The position numbers and the translations under genes were made by a program. From Marsupella aquatica (lineage: Eukaryota > Plantae > Marchantiophyta): a stretch of 64,000 bases of DNA. The stretch is from the NCBI GenBank assembly GCA_973895155.1, contig OZ316897.1, positions 2,495,416 to 2,559,415 on the forward strand. The letters run 5' to 3'. Below are positions 27,091 to 43,620 of the stretch, one piece after another; position 1 is the first letter of the stretch, and every line of letters starts with the position of its first letter. The notes under the pieces are model-generated. The model worked only from the letters and a program-made list of their open reading frames with translations. It made no database searches and was not told where the DNA came from.

Positions 27091-28097
27091 ATACTGACCA
27101 ATGGCAGTTGGGAAATTTTTCTGAGCTTTGTGGGAATAGGTTTGAGACTAGAACCCCGGCCCAAACAGTCATTATCATAGGTAGTACTTGCCTGGAAAGC
27201 TGGAGCTTAAATTTCCCACAGTGGCTGACTGGAAAAGTGGGGGACTGAAAAAATGGGGAACACCTGGTTTGACACACCCTATTACACAATGGTAGTGGTT
27301 TTAGGGCCTCTAGACAAATTCTTTTTTGTGACATTAAACTTTGCTACTGTAAGGCTTTAGTTTTTTTGCCATAGCTGGCAACTCTCAGCTCTTACATTAG
27401 ATCTTCTGGGGTTTTGCTGTTGTTTCCTCATCTATATTTAGTTTCTTGCCTTTGGATCCTATCTCCTTGTTTTGTGCTTTTTGTTCTTTGACAGTATAAT
27501 ATACTGGTAACTCAATTGTGAAAGAAGAGCCCTCTTAAGTGAAGTATAAGGGCTTCAATGGTAAAAAAACTGACCAAAATGTTCAGTCAAGTTGAGACAT
27601 TCTCATAGATTGCTTAGGAAAAAATGCTTGTAGATCATGAAAATCTATTTATAAACTATGTAAAATGAGGGCTGGATAATATCGGGTTTTGTTAAATTAG
27701 TAAAATGTTGATAATCTTTTAGTATTCTGGAGTTTGGACATCTTCTATCTAGGATAGGTCTATCGATATATATCTCAATGGGATATCTCACATTACCGAA
27801 AAACAAAAAAGGCTAAACCAGAAGACATGATCCCAACAGACCAAAGACCCAGTAAATGGGAGAACACAAGAGACAAAACCCAGGAGGACCAGAAAGCCAA
27901 AAAGCCTCACTGATAACCCCCTACAACAGCAAATGATCTCTTTAAGTTCTAGTGAGCAGCAAACAGAAAAGCCTAGTAAGGCTCTGGAGTAGAACTGATC
28001 GATGTAGTATGATTGTATATGCATCAACCTGTTACAAAAGCTTTCAAATGATTGTTTTGCCATCCGCAACTCCACTTGCCAGTACCAATGGATTATT

Positions 28098-28174
28098 TGC
28101 TTCCCTATTTGGCCATTTAGGCTAGATTACCTATGATGCTTCCCTATTTGGCCATTTAGGCTAGATTACCTATG
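28098..28174. repeat. 39-bp tandem duplication
   Basis: TGCTTCCCTATTTGGCCATTTAGGCTAGATTACCTATGA occurs twice. Confidence 0.85.
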
Positions 28175-29174
28175 ACTGGGAGTACAATGTCATGCTCCCA
28201 TGGACCCTAGATAGAAACCATGCAACCAGAATGGACTAATTAGCAGAATATATTCTGTGACATTGTGAGTAGAATGCCCCGGTTGCAAAATCCCATGGGG
28301 GGCATTTCGACAAACATATAGGTCGATCAAGGGCTCATATTAGTGGGATACAGGTTCCAGTGTTGAGATTACACCAAAGCTAATATTCCTTTAATTCACT
28401 CAACAAAAAGTCAACATGTTCAAAAGTTGAATGGGACCTATATGTCACCTTAAAGTCCATACTTATTCCAAGAATCTAAGGAATGTTCCAACAGCTGCAT
28501 GGATTGTGCTATGTGCACTAGCAACTCTATACGCATCCATTAACCAGAGATATCTTCGAGATCTTTAAAGTTCTACACTTTCCTGACCATACTGAATATG
28601 TCCAATCCAATTTGTTACTGTTCCCTTAGAAAAGCAAATTTTGGTAATTTGTCGTAGTAATTAAAATATATGTGTACCGACAGTATTCAATACCCAGCAC
28701 TATCTTCTTCATGACACCAGATAGTTTTCTGAACTAAGGCATTCCACATTTTTCTGAACTAAGACATCCCACGTCCCTGCAGCTAGCTATTCTTGGTCTA
28801 ATAAACAAAGGAACCAATTAAGTACTGTATTCAACACTCTTTTGTCCCGTGACATACAGCCGTACTGTAAAAAAGTCATTGCGAGTTGTTACTGAAAATA
28901 TTTTGCTTAGGAAGGTATTCATTATGATAATAGAAAATGCAGAAAAAGTGCATACAACTCACAAGGACTCGTCAAACTTGGCCAGGACAAAGCACAAGTT
29001 TTCTTATGTATTTACTAGTAGGAAGCAGGTTTCCTTCTGTACTTTGGGCAGGTGGCACTTCCAGCATGCTTGGAAGCCTGACTGTTACAACTATGTCCGG
29101 TCACATCTGGACAGTTAATTTTGGCAAGTAATCACCAAAGCTGTTAAAAATTCATCTTTTTAACATTCATAACA

Positions 29175-29297
29175 CACTTCACCTGGTAGCAAAGGTGCAA
29201 AGTTCACTTCACCTGGTAGCAAAGGTGCAAAGCTCACTTCACCTGGTAGCAAAGGTGCAAAGTTCACTTCATCTGGTAGCAAAGGTGCAAAGTTCAC
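29175..29297. repeat. 30-bp minisatellite, about 4 copies
   Basis: CACTTCACCTGGTAGCAAAGGTGCAAAGTT repeated with single substitutions. Confidence 0.9.
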
Positions 29298-30150
29298 GTA
29301 GAAAGGAAACACTGGCAGGAAGTAGCATGGGGAAGCCCGAGCTGAGCGCATCAGCACTCTTGCCTTGGAACTCCAGATTTATAACAATAACAATTGACAG
29401 TAGACAAACACGTGTCCTCAAAGTGCAAAAGTACACAGAAAACTGGTTGTCCTATGACGTGATTGATCTGTACAGAAGCAATAGTTCTCCGTGGAATTCA
29501 GGTGCCAGAACCGATTGGAAAATTAGTCATTGTCTGCATGGTGCTTGACTCGTGTATAGAAACGATTAGAGACTGCAGTATCTATGTAAGACAAATTACG
29601 CCAGTCTCTTGAGATAAATGTGCTCAGGTTCATGAAGGGTCCCATGGGAAAGAAGGGCCGAAACTTTAAAACTTAGAAAATTCAAGGTCTATGTATTCCC
29701 ACAAAAACGGCAGTGGCTGTAACCAGTGTATGATTCTCCATCCAAACCAAACAGTGCGAGACACAGAATTGGTGCTGCTTTTCATTGAGCTTTCAATTTC
29801 TTGAAAGCTTTTAAGAACATAGTGAAGGCTAATCATTGTTGCAACATTTCTCCTGTATAATTCGGTGGTCAACTGCAAGAGTCCTCAAATCTGTACAAAA
29901 CTGTCATTCTGGTTCAATTTGGAACCGAGTCAGAGAATGACCCAATGTAGCGTACCACTCGTAGCGCCCAACCGTTTCCTTCTAAAAGTACTTTGTTTGA
30001 GAAAGAGAAAGCAGGAGTGCTTGGCACCATCAGCCGGAACATATTGGAGTTCTCCACGTAGCAGGAGGCCATAAGCACACTTCTGCGTAGTAGCCCTCCT
30101 AGATGAACCACCATGAATTAAGGAACAACTATCTAGAGGTTGTAATTGTC

Positions 30151-33499
<3,349 letters not shown>

Positions 33500-35178
33500 C
33501 GCGCTCCTCGATCAGCTCCCCTAGTTGTCGAGTCTGAATCACGACGGACGCACGGTCTTTCTCTTCGAATGATCGCCTCCCAACGCTTCTCGTCCGAAAC
33601 TTCCGAGGGTGAGCACTGAACAAGGTCTTGCTTGGGCTTTGGCAAGGCCTGCGTGTACTAGCCTCATTACACGTTCCTTGAACGTTACATGTTCCATAGA
33701 AAAGAGCAGCATAGAAAACCTTGATTACACCTTCCTGATTACACCTTCCTTAAAAGTTACATGTTCCTTGAACGTAAAGTAAAATAAAATAAAATAAAAT
33801 AAAACCTTTGCCCCATCCCTGCCCTTTGTGTGCACCCACGCTCCACATCCCTGTTTTTTTCTCCCTCCACCCTCACTCCCCATCCCTATTTTTTTTGGCT
33901 GCACCCTCACTTTCATTTATGCCCTCAATCAGAGTTACAGTCTTGAGATTTCACTTTATACAATAGGCCTAGGGAGTAGGTTTTGATTGTGTATAAAACT
34001 AGTTTTTTCACTAGCCTCCACAATGGTCATGGCATATGACCATGTGCCATGACCATTCTTTATGGCAAAAAATCATTGAAGTATGAATTTGGTAGTCCTT
34101 AACTTTTTGTGTGTAACCAAGAGTGCAGAGTTATAAGGTTCATCAAATTTGGAGCTTTGAGATGCCCAGTGTTCATAATAGGGTGTCTCAAATTCGGGTC
34201 ATTAGTGAAAGTTATTGATTTGTGGTATATACGATAACTCTGGTTATGAAATCCAATTATAGAGTTTTAAAAAAGCGGGGAGTTAGCATTGATCTGCCCC
34301 ATACGACAGGAGTTACAACCTCACCTGTCTCATAGCATGCATTCATTTTTCTTTCATTCTTGATCAGCCATTGTAATGCACCAGCAATCACCATGTCAGA
34401 AGCAAATGCCACATGCCTTCAGCCATGGTGTTTTGGAGTTCTGGATTTCCGGATTTTTGAATTTGCGCTTAAAGTTGTGAGAAAGTTATGGGTTAAGGGT
34501 TGAGACTCTCCCATAACATTTGAATTATTGAAAGGCCTTATCTGTCGTCTTGTTAAGGCCAAGCTTTGAGAGGCCCTAATATGGCCGTCAAAACCTTTCT
34601 CTCATAAGTTATCAGCGCGCCATAAGTTCCACCTGCCCTAAATACAAAAAGAAACTGATTCCTTGCCATGTCTGGCTTTACATGTAAAGCTTGACTCATG
34701 GGTGTGTTCTGAGTTCTGTAGTTCGTCCGTTCGTCAATTCGTTTCTGCTTTGGTAGCACGAAGAAAGGTGCGGGCTACTGTAAGCTCAAGGCTCAAGAGA
34801 CGCTCGATTAGACATTGGAGAGGAGGAGATTCAGATTGCAGAAGTAGCGTGAGCGAGGGACGGAGAAGGTACTTTGCACGAATTCGGTTGTGTTGTGTAT
34901 TGGGAAAATTACTCTGTTGTGTGGCGTTTCAATTGACTTGAAAAAGAGGCAGGGTTAAGGGTTTCTATTTTGACTTGTTTTCAATCATGTTCTTCTGCTT
35001 GTCGATGCGTTTATCGACTGGAACAAGCGTTGTGGAATACGTCCTGGGCTGGAGGGTTGCTTCTCGAAACACCTTGCCCTGATTGGGGCTCGGCGGTCTA
35101 GTTAGGTTGACTTGACCAGTCCTTGAGCAGATGGATGCCAACGATATTGAATAATTTATGCTTGTTAATAATTTCAGG

Positions 35179-35503
35179 ATGGCAAAGGCATTGGATGTTG
35201 TTTACAAAAGTGTGACTGCGGTTCTTGGGTTGGCCACCGTTGTCGTCGGGGTCAATCTCAGCATGAATATCTACAGAGGAATTTCATGGCACTACGAACA
35301 GAAGGTACGAATCTTGGACTGGTGATTCTTGAGATGCTTCTGTTAGCGGAGGATCAGGACAATTTCGACCTACTTTATAGATATGACCAGGGGGGTCGGG
35401 GGGCTTTAAAGATGACAGCTATTGGAGCATCTAAGCGGAGTCAACCTTCCTAATTTCATTTTGTGTTCTTTACTCTTAGAAATTATTGAGTCTCATAGAG
35501 TAA
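35179..35503 (+). CDS. COX14-like small single-TM protein (exon 35179-35304; last exon possibly 35480-35503; 5'UTR intron ~34869-35177)
   Basis: MAKALDVVYKSVTAVLGLATVVVGVNLSMNIYRGISWHYEQK, flanked by TTTCAG|GATG and AAG|GTACGA. It resembles the conserved plant 'D..Y...TA.LG.AT......S.N.YRG.SWH' small proteins. Not in the ORF track. The last exon is uncertain. Confidence 0.65.
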
Positions 35504-37849
35504 CAACGGGTATGTCTGGCAGTGCCGAGTTATGTTTGCAAAGAAGACCTCTCGAATCTTGTTTATGAATTATTTCACCAACATGTGTGCTACACTTTTG
35601 CCAGGCTGAGGAGCAGAGGCAAGAGCGTTTGCCACAGCCGGAGTAGTTCCTTTGTGATGTGGCACATCTTGGAAAAGTTTATTGGATGGGATCATAAATT
35701 TGACTCCATCGAGGACCCACCTTTCTACCTTGCCGGGTTTTGACGACGCGGCTAGAACTTCTTCGGAGGTTGATACATGCTGGTGTTCGTCTCTTCGTTG
35801 TGGCCAAAATACCAACCCATGTAAATCTGATATTGCGGAGGGGAGCCTGTAGGTGTTGTTCAAGGTCGAATGCAGTTAAGACATCTAGATTGGGTTATCT
35901 ATGGAATAGGCTCGAAGAGTCTTTGGACCCTTTGTGGCGAGAAGAAGATAGACAGTTGGCCTTGTTACTCGTGGTGAACGTCGGCATCAGTCGTTGCCTA
36001 TACTTTTGGCAATGTGAATGTTGGCAGGTTTCCGCTTATTCGAAGTTATAGTCTTTCATTGGGCCATTTGTTGCTGGAGTCGCTGTGACTGGCATGCTGT
36101 GGACTTTATATATGGACGCAGTTGATTTCAGGTTGGGGTCGTAAGGTTGAGCATCCAGCCCATTTACCCCCACGACAGAGCTGCCATAGTTGAAGTCCAG
36201 GCAGGCTCTGGTTGATTGTAGATCGAAATCTGAAAACATATCAACGAATGATTGAAAATGCTACTTCTCGGTCCAGAGTATAGATTAACTTTGTACCTAA
36301 ATATAGACAGGACCCTAAGCTAATATGCAAGTAAATATCTGCACTTTCTGACACTATCTGGCACCTCTATCTGGCAAACTTCTCAGTATGGAACTCTTCA
36401 AATGACTGAATCAACCCAATTGAATGTGGTCTGGTGGAACAGAGCGTGCTCGTGCTTAAACTACTTTACTAAGTCCTGAGTATCTTGACCAAACCTAACT
36501 GGACGATATTCATGAACTTCTTTATGTTTGGCCTGGGAACAATTTTGGAGCCATTTTACCAGGCGACTCTCAGCCACGCCAATTTTTCAACAGTTTATGA
36601 GGCTCCTCGTAGATTGCAGAACTGAAGTAACTTATTGGCAAGTGTGCGTTGTCTTGGTCTGCTGAATGCCATTTGGAGTCACAGGTTGAAAGGTATACAT
36701 GAATCCAAGTCCCACCAATGAAGTATCCAACTCGAGGGTTGTGGCACTCAGGATGCATTGAATTCTGTTTCAGGATTTAGAATTATTGAAACATCAAATT
36801 CTCCGGGCCAGGTGTCAACTACTTCACCTTGAGGTTGGCTCCTTAGGTAATAAAATTAAGGTAGGTACAGCCACTTCTGTTGTCAGCAAATGGGTAAAAG
36901 CGTAGCCAAATGAGTGTCTGAGTCCTAGTGCAGAAATTTTCTGATACCCTACTTGAGACACATGTAAAGCATTTGTAGGAACACAGTAGACCCTCAGCCC
37001 TGCGGACATGTTGACTGGTCCCTTGGTGGCTTTAAAACGCCTCTAGAAAGTGCAGCTGCTCGACAGGGAGGCCGGAAGGATGCCAGATTTGCTGTCAACA
37101 ATGCTTATCTCCGACGTTCAAAATCATTCACTTTGACGGAACAAGGGATATAAGACACTGAAGTACAAGGAACAGAAAGAGCACAAGTCTGACATGCAGT
37201 AGATCCTCGTGAAACTCCTGTTCGCTCTGAGCTGATCAATGGGGAATAGTCACATGGGCAAAGAATGGCCGTTAGTGCAAGGTTGGGAGTTCGCTTCAAT
37301 AATGTAATTAGTACCAAGACATGGTGACATTCTCGTAAGAATGAGGCCCACAAGAGACCATTCAAAACAATGCACACGTCCACCACCACATGCAATTTCT
37401 ATTTCATCCTTACACGTTGGCAAAAAAGAAGGCATCAAATAGCAACTCTTCTTGCTCATTTTCGCATCGGAAATTCAGGACTGCAACTGGGACTGAGCTC
37501 TATCTCAATTCAATCTAGATACGCAGGTCCTGTTTAGACCAAATGGAAGGCCCTCACTCACAGTACTCATATGACATAGAGCTCTCTCCAATTCAAAACA
37601 GGAATATGGCCATATTATCAAAGCTCTTCTAAGGAAGCTAGCCCGATCAGAATATCATTCTCTTTTCAGAACACTGACACGTCAAAAATATTGAGAAGCT
37701 ATGTAGCGAGTCCAAGCCATTCTTGGTCCAACATGGAGCCAAGTGGTATAAATATAAAGGTACTTATTCCCCACTTTCCTGGTAAAGACATGCTTCATAA
37801 CTTCTGTCAATCCACTTAGCCAACCATTAATGTTGAGAACCAGGTGCAC

Positions 37850-40190
37850 TTAATGATGAGCACCCGGGAGACCTCCCTCGCCCACAACCTTCAACTGCAC
37901 AACACCGATATATTGACGTGACTCTTCTAAGAATTGCAAAATATTCTGGAAATTTCACGAACATTCCAGCACAATCTTGAGAAACTTCACAAGAGAGATC
38001 CAGACACTTGTGTCTCCTATTTAGGGAGAAAGTAAAATAGTGTGATCCAGGCATGCTGTTAGTCAGCATCTCAAACATCTGGAAACTGGCTTACCTCAAA
38101 CACTTGAGTACAAACAGGACATTCAAAATGTTCCCCCTTCTTGAGCTTAAACCAAGTCACATCATGCTCATCTTCTGCAGAATCAAAATTTTAATAAGTG
38201 TTTTAGAAAAAGCAGTACACAACATAACAGTCTGACAACCCGTCCAACTTTACGGCCTTCGGCATGGCTAAACTAGTAAACATGCACCTTCAAATCCACG
38301 ACATAGACTCTAGATTAACTCGTTACTCATGTTATTGAGCAGACTAGGATCCTGATACGTTAACCTGCTAAGTCACTGAAATTTCTAGCTAGCCTGATTC
38401 TTCTGGATAGAAACGGCTGGGCGATAGGGGTACTGTCAGCAATCATTCGTAAGCCAAACATGTTAGTCGTTGGGCAGAAGATGTTTGTGATAGGTTCCTA
38501 CATCTTTAGCAATTCTCCAGTATACTAACTCCAGCAATTGGTACAGCAAGCCAAAGACTTAACACCTTCTATCCTACATAATTCTACGTGCCTTTCTGTC
38601 GTTTTTTTTCCTATATGCTCATCTTGCACTATGGCAGGTGAAATCAAAACATTTTGTCCTGCATGCTCATCCTTCACTATGGCAATGAAACCCAAAGTAA
38701 GGAGCTGCTTTGTACTCCGGAGATCTGCTTAACATGTTTATCATCAGAATGGATCTACTGCTTGATGTGGCACTCCTTGCGTGAGTTATGAACAACATCA
38801 CTCGTCTACTGGCCTGTCATGGAAATCTCTTGTGTGTTCAAAAGATTGAAACCACTCCCATTTCACTGTCGAGAGTGTAGTAATAACAACGGTGATTTTT
38901 CTTTGAATTCCCAAGGAGCCTCTCGACTCAGTTCCATATTTAATTATGCCAGAGCCCTAGAATTATGCGTCAAACTTGAGGAATGCACAACCTGTTCATA
39001 GACCATTTGAGAACGTGATATTAACCAGGTAAGATAATTACCGCCAACACCTCCTGAACAACCGACAATTCGCTCGTCAAATACAGATTCTACAAGAGCT
39101 GGGTGGTCCTGTAGAAATCACACTCAGATATAAGCTCCGTCAAGGATAGAGAGGCTAATGCAGCATGACAGCAAAATTTGATGTTTAATTTTGTGTGGAT
39201 TTGGCAGGCAAGAATACGTAATCATTTGATCCCGTGGTTTAAGTCAACTCAGGATTACCCGGCTAAATGCATTTCCTGCCAAATATACCTTTTAAACGTA
39301 CTAACATTGCAATATATCAATATTCTCTCGTATCCAACCTGACGACTTCGGTGATACTTGAAACATTGCAGTTGAAGGCACTAGAACCTCAATTTACAAC
39401 CGTGACTGATTAGACTCCTTGAAGTTGATCAAGTTTTCAGGGCTGACAAACTCCAGATCTCAGGGTTTAAATGATCAGCAAACACATTGCACGCATACAA
39501 GATGTAGAATTCACAATCGGCCTGAACAAGTTTGTAGGGGAACACTACTCACCTTTGTTCCGAACGGACCCCTGGGGGCATCAAGATCGAACCGTTTTTT
39601 TCCCTGCGAATAGACGAGTTTATTAGATCCCTATTCCTCGCGCCAGTCACGATGCAGTCAAGTACTTGAAAGCAAAAGTCTCGCACTCCTCACCTCTTGT
39701 TGAGCCTCGAGTTCCTCCAGCTCCAGACCGGTTGCAATGCCAAAACTACCAGATCCACTACCTAGCAACAACACCAACAGAAATCTGGTCTGAAAGCTTC
39801 ATTCCCCTCTGTCTTGCTTCCCGACCTCCCTGCACCATAGTAGACGATACCAGAACAGGAAATCCCTAAACATAAATGTGCCCATTAATGATAAATTGGG
39901 TAGAGGAAAGCACACTGAGAAAAGGGTGGTCCACACCTTCCTTCCTCTAGTTTGCCCAGGGGATAATTGGCATGCGAGGGCTTACCTGAATCAGCTTTCG
40001 CGGCAGAAAGAGCCCCGGTGGGAGCGAGCCATGACGAGAAGGATCGCAATTCGTCACGGTGTTGCAACAGATCAGCACTGCTTCTTCCCTGGGAGGCCAC
40101 CGACGACTTTCCTCCAAGTACTGGCGCGGCTATCTCTGTAATTCGATTTAATCTCAACCGAGACGCCTCCCTGCCCGCGCACCTCAACAT
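37850..40190 (-). CDS. COX5B: cytochrome c oxidase subunit 5b, mitochondrial (6 exons)
   Basis: An Arg/Ser-rich presequence exon (MLRCAGREASRLRLNR...) is followed by GIATGLELEELEAQQE/GKKRFDLDAPRGPFGTK/DHPALVESVFDERIVGCSGGVG/EDEHDVTWFKLKKGEHFECPVCTQVFE/LKVVGEGGLPGAHH*. Zn-binding Cys are present and introns are GT-AG. Confidence 0.93.
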
Positions 40191-41879
40191 CTTTGCGCAA
40201 TCCTCGAAAGTGGGGCCGCACCACACTCCCTATTGTGCTACGAATTCCTCTGTGAACCTGCTCTGCCAGGCTTCCTGCTCCACTTAGGAACTACGGGACT
40301 AGATCCTTCTGCACCTCCAAGGCCCGGAATTTTATGCACTCTCAATAGCCTAGATCTTGTCCACTCCACCGCAGTGTCAGCTGATTATTCATCTGCCCCC
40401 CAAAAAACCAAGCCAGCAACACATTAGTTGTCTGTCGCATGAATTCGCATAAATGGAAGAAATTCCTCCCCCTCACTAGCGTCTTCACCTAAAATCAGCT
40501 TCCAGTAAGGGATAGTTAGCCCAGTCGAAGGGGGAGAATGGATGACCGTATAAAATGACTTCATTCTGAGTGAGGCCTGAATCAATGTGTTGACATGCTC
40601 TCAATCTCCAACCAATTTTCCTCATGAATGTGCCACAGTGCACTGCGCCACAACTGATTATAAACTATCCTCTCAACTAATGAAAACCACACACAGAATG
40701 AGAGACCTCATTCTCAGCTGGACTTTAAGCTCCACACGAACCCTCTCTCTCTAGTCAGTGATTGACCTGATTGAATTCTGCATCATGAGCCTCTTGGGCC
40801 ACCGAACGTTTCTCCTGAGTAGTAAGAGACTCAAGCGAGCTACAGAGAAAATCAATGACCACAGCAGTTGAATAACCTTGTTCTGAAACAGACCTGAATG
40901 CCGAACGAATTTGATACTTTTCTCTTGACAAATCAGCTCATGCATTACTCCAGAAGAAATTGATGTGATACGGTTCTCACTGGAGACCCAAAAGCACTCC
41001 CTCGTGGAATCAAGGAGAGAAGAAACTCGGCCTGAGAGGACTGTTTACCGCCCTTCATCCATGGTAGCTCAATCCAGGACAGAGTATCAATAGGGAGTGA
41101 CAAGACACAGTAAACCACTGCTTATGCTCTCATTCTGCCATGTTGTTCCGTTAATTAAAAAAGGACTTGGGACCCATCCTGCTTTGTACTGAGCATCGAG
41201 TTGAGGATAGGCACAATTATCTATCTATCCATGTTTTTTCGTATATAACCTCAATGGAAAGCTACTCTCAAAGCCTAGCCTAGCGTCGAGAGTGAGCCTC
41301 TAGATTGTGACTTTGGGGGCATAACTAAAGGTGGGGTGCAGATAGCAGGGAAGGACTGGGAAACAGGGATAGTGAATAGTAGGGAGAAAAATAATTCTGC
41401 AATGTCTGTTTTGTCCTCACCTCTATTTAGATTCAAAGACAGAGGAGTCATTCTAGTAACTATGTAATCAGAATCTGAAGTTACTCTCGAGGCTTACTTG
41501 TCAACTGAAATAGAGTGAAGCTGCTAGACCACTCCTATGAGGCATAATTGAAAGTGGGATGCAAGCAAAAAATAGTGATTGGGGCAAGTCATAGATGAAC
41601 TTGAGTGGTGATTCATTTTGTTTTGCAATGTTTCTTTTGTCATCAACTTTATTTACATTTAAAGAACAGGTAGTCAAGCTAGTCTATCTAAACATCTAAC
41701 AGCCTAATATGATGTCCCACATCGGTTTTCCCTGCAGTCTGTTTACAAAATACAGTTTGGGCAGGAAGAATTGTGGCTGTTCGAGTTACAAGGTATTTCC
41801 CGCATCTTATGACCAAATGCCTCGCAGGCCTGCTCTTGTCAGACAATCAGACATCTGCCTCCTGCAATCTGCATGGGGT

Positions 41880-42190
41880 CGGTTGAGGCAGGGGTGAGCA
41901 CTAGGATGGAGGGACTGAGGGGATGCTTTGGCGGGCATGCATAAATGGACAGGTGCAGGGTAATGTAGGGATGGATGGATGGATGGATGAGGCAGGCCTG
42001 CACCAGCCCTGAATGGGGAGGGCAGGAGGGGAAGCAAGACATGCAGGTAAGGGGGGACGGAGGGATATGACATAGAGGGAAGGGCCTTAGGTCAACGTTA
42101 GGGAAGGAGGCAAGGGAAATAGACAAGGGGAGGGGGGGAGGGGGAGACAGGATGGGGAGCCCAACTTGCCACCCCCCCCCCCCCCCCGCA
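41880..42190. repeat. G-rich low-complexity tract with (GATG)n and a long poly-C run
   Basis: Numerous GGG(G) runs, GGATGGATGGATGGATGG, and a C homopolymer at about 42172-42187. Confidence 0.7.
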
Positions 42191-42515
42191 TCTTCATTAG
42201 CCTTGCTTTGGCTATCATCTGAATGCTTGCAACAACCCCCAATCAAAATGACAACATGTCCACAATGACTCTTTGTCAGAAGTTACAACTTACATTTCCA
42301 CAATGACATCTGAGACGCAAAGGCAACACCTCCGTAACAACATGCTCACAACTACAACTATGCAATGCATGGGCATTGGGCTTGTCCACAATATAGTTTG
42401 TGATGGAAGTCTATCATTCATGACCTACTCCATATTGTGATGAGCCATAGTTTCCTTGGTACCAGAAAAATTTGATATTGAGGGCCATCTTGCTGTTGGG
42501 TATTTACTCTTACGT

Positions 42516-42658
42516 CTAGGTTAGGTATGACGTGGTTGGTACAACAACGTGGGTTGGTACAACTACGTGGTTAGGTACAACTACGTGATTAGGTACAACT
42601 ATGTGGTTAGGTACAACTACGTAATTAGGTACAACTATGTGGTTAGGTACAACTAAGT
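42516..42658 (+). repeat. 18-bp tandem array in LTR U3 (copied at ~48130-48272)
   Basis: About 7 copies of GTGGTTAGGTACAACTAC-like units. Confidence 0.88.
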
Positions 42659-43620
42659 TGCACACTATATCATAAGAGGCATGTGTGCTTGGAGAGGTAG
42701 AACCAAGGCTCATTGTTATGGAGCCACTTGAGAGATAGGGAGAGCTTACACTGTGGAGACTCGGTATAGCCGACGGGCTTAGAGTTCAGTAAAGCTCTCT
42801 TGTGTGTTCCCGTGGACGTAGCCTCAAGGAGGTGAACCACGTATCTCTTGTGTCGACTATTGTGCGTTGGATGGTTCATGGGCTTGCCGTTGCGATCGTC
42901 GTCTATGCTCAACAATTGGTATCAGAGCATGCTTGGGAGGTGACGTGTGTTCGTGACGGGATTTCATGACGGTTTTTCCAGCGTTGAGTGTTGGTGGATT
43001 TTCCAGAGTTCCATCGCATGGAACTTGGAGTTTATGGGCTCAACGGATAGATCAGGGCAAGAGCTTTCTAACGGTGTGAAGAAATCGTTGAACGGAGCTC
43101 GTGGTGCAGAGAGATCTAAGTTTTCGTCGTTCTGGATTTTGTGAAGAAAGTTGGCAATCAACTCGGAGGGAGAAGCGTCAAGTGTTTTGACTCAACGGAG
43201 AGATTGAGGCAAGACGATTGTTTTTGAGTCCGGGATTGGCTCTTTGATGCAAAGAGGAAGGCTAAGCAAAATCAATTACCTTGTTGGACTTGGTGACGGC
43301 ACCAAGTGCAATTGATCAACATTCGTTGTTGACAAGTGAGGTCGTAGCCATTGAAGTTGGCAATGCAGCGCACCAATCACATCGCAATTCCGACAACGGG
43401 TTGTACTTGGTATTTCGGTTATTCCCTGAGGTGGTCAAAACGGGGGAGTTTCCCAAGGTTTTACCCACCTCGACCGAAATTTGAATAACTTTTCCGTCAA
43501 ATTTCGATTTTGATTTTGGTTTTCAGTATTGGACTCCTAGCTTTGTGGGCTACGCGGCGGTGTTGAGTTTCGAGTTTTTTGAGAAGTTGTGAAAAACAAC
43601 ATTTTTTGTGACTTTCTCAT

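Noticed and set aside
29160-29548. ORFs with VNFAPLLPGE / VQSSLHLVAK peptide repeats
   Set aside because: These are translations of the 30-bp minisatellite with no evidence of coding.
42516-42713. VVVPNH-repeat ORF, and a CRISPR-like look of the 18-bp array
   Set aside because: This is an LTR U3 tandem repeat with no unique spacers in a eukaryotic context.
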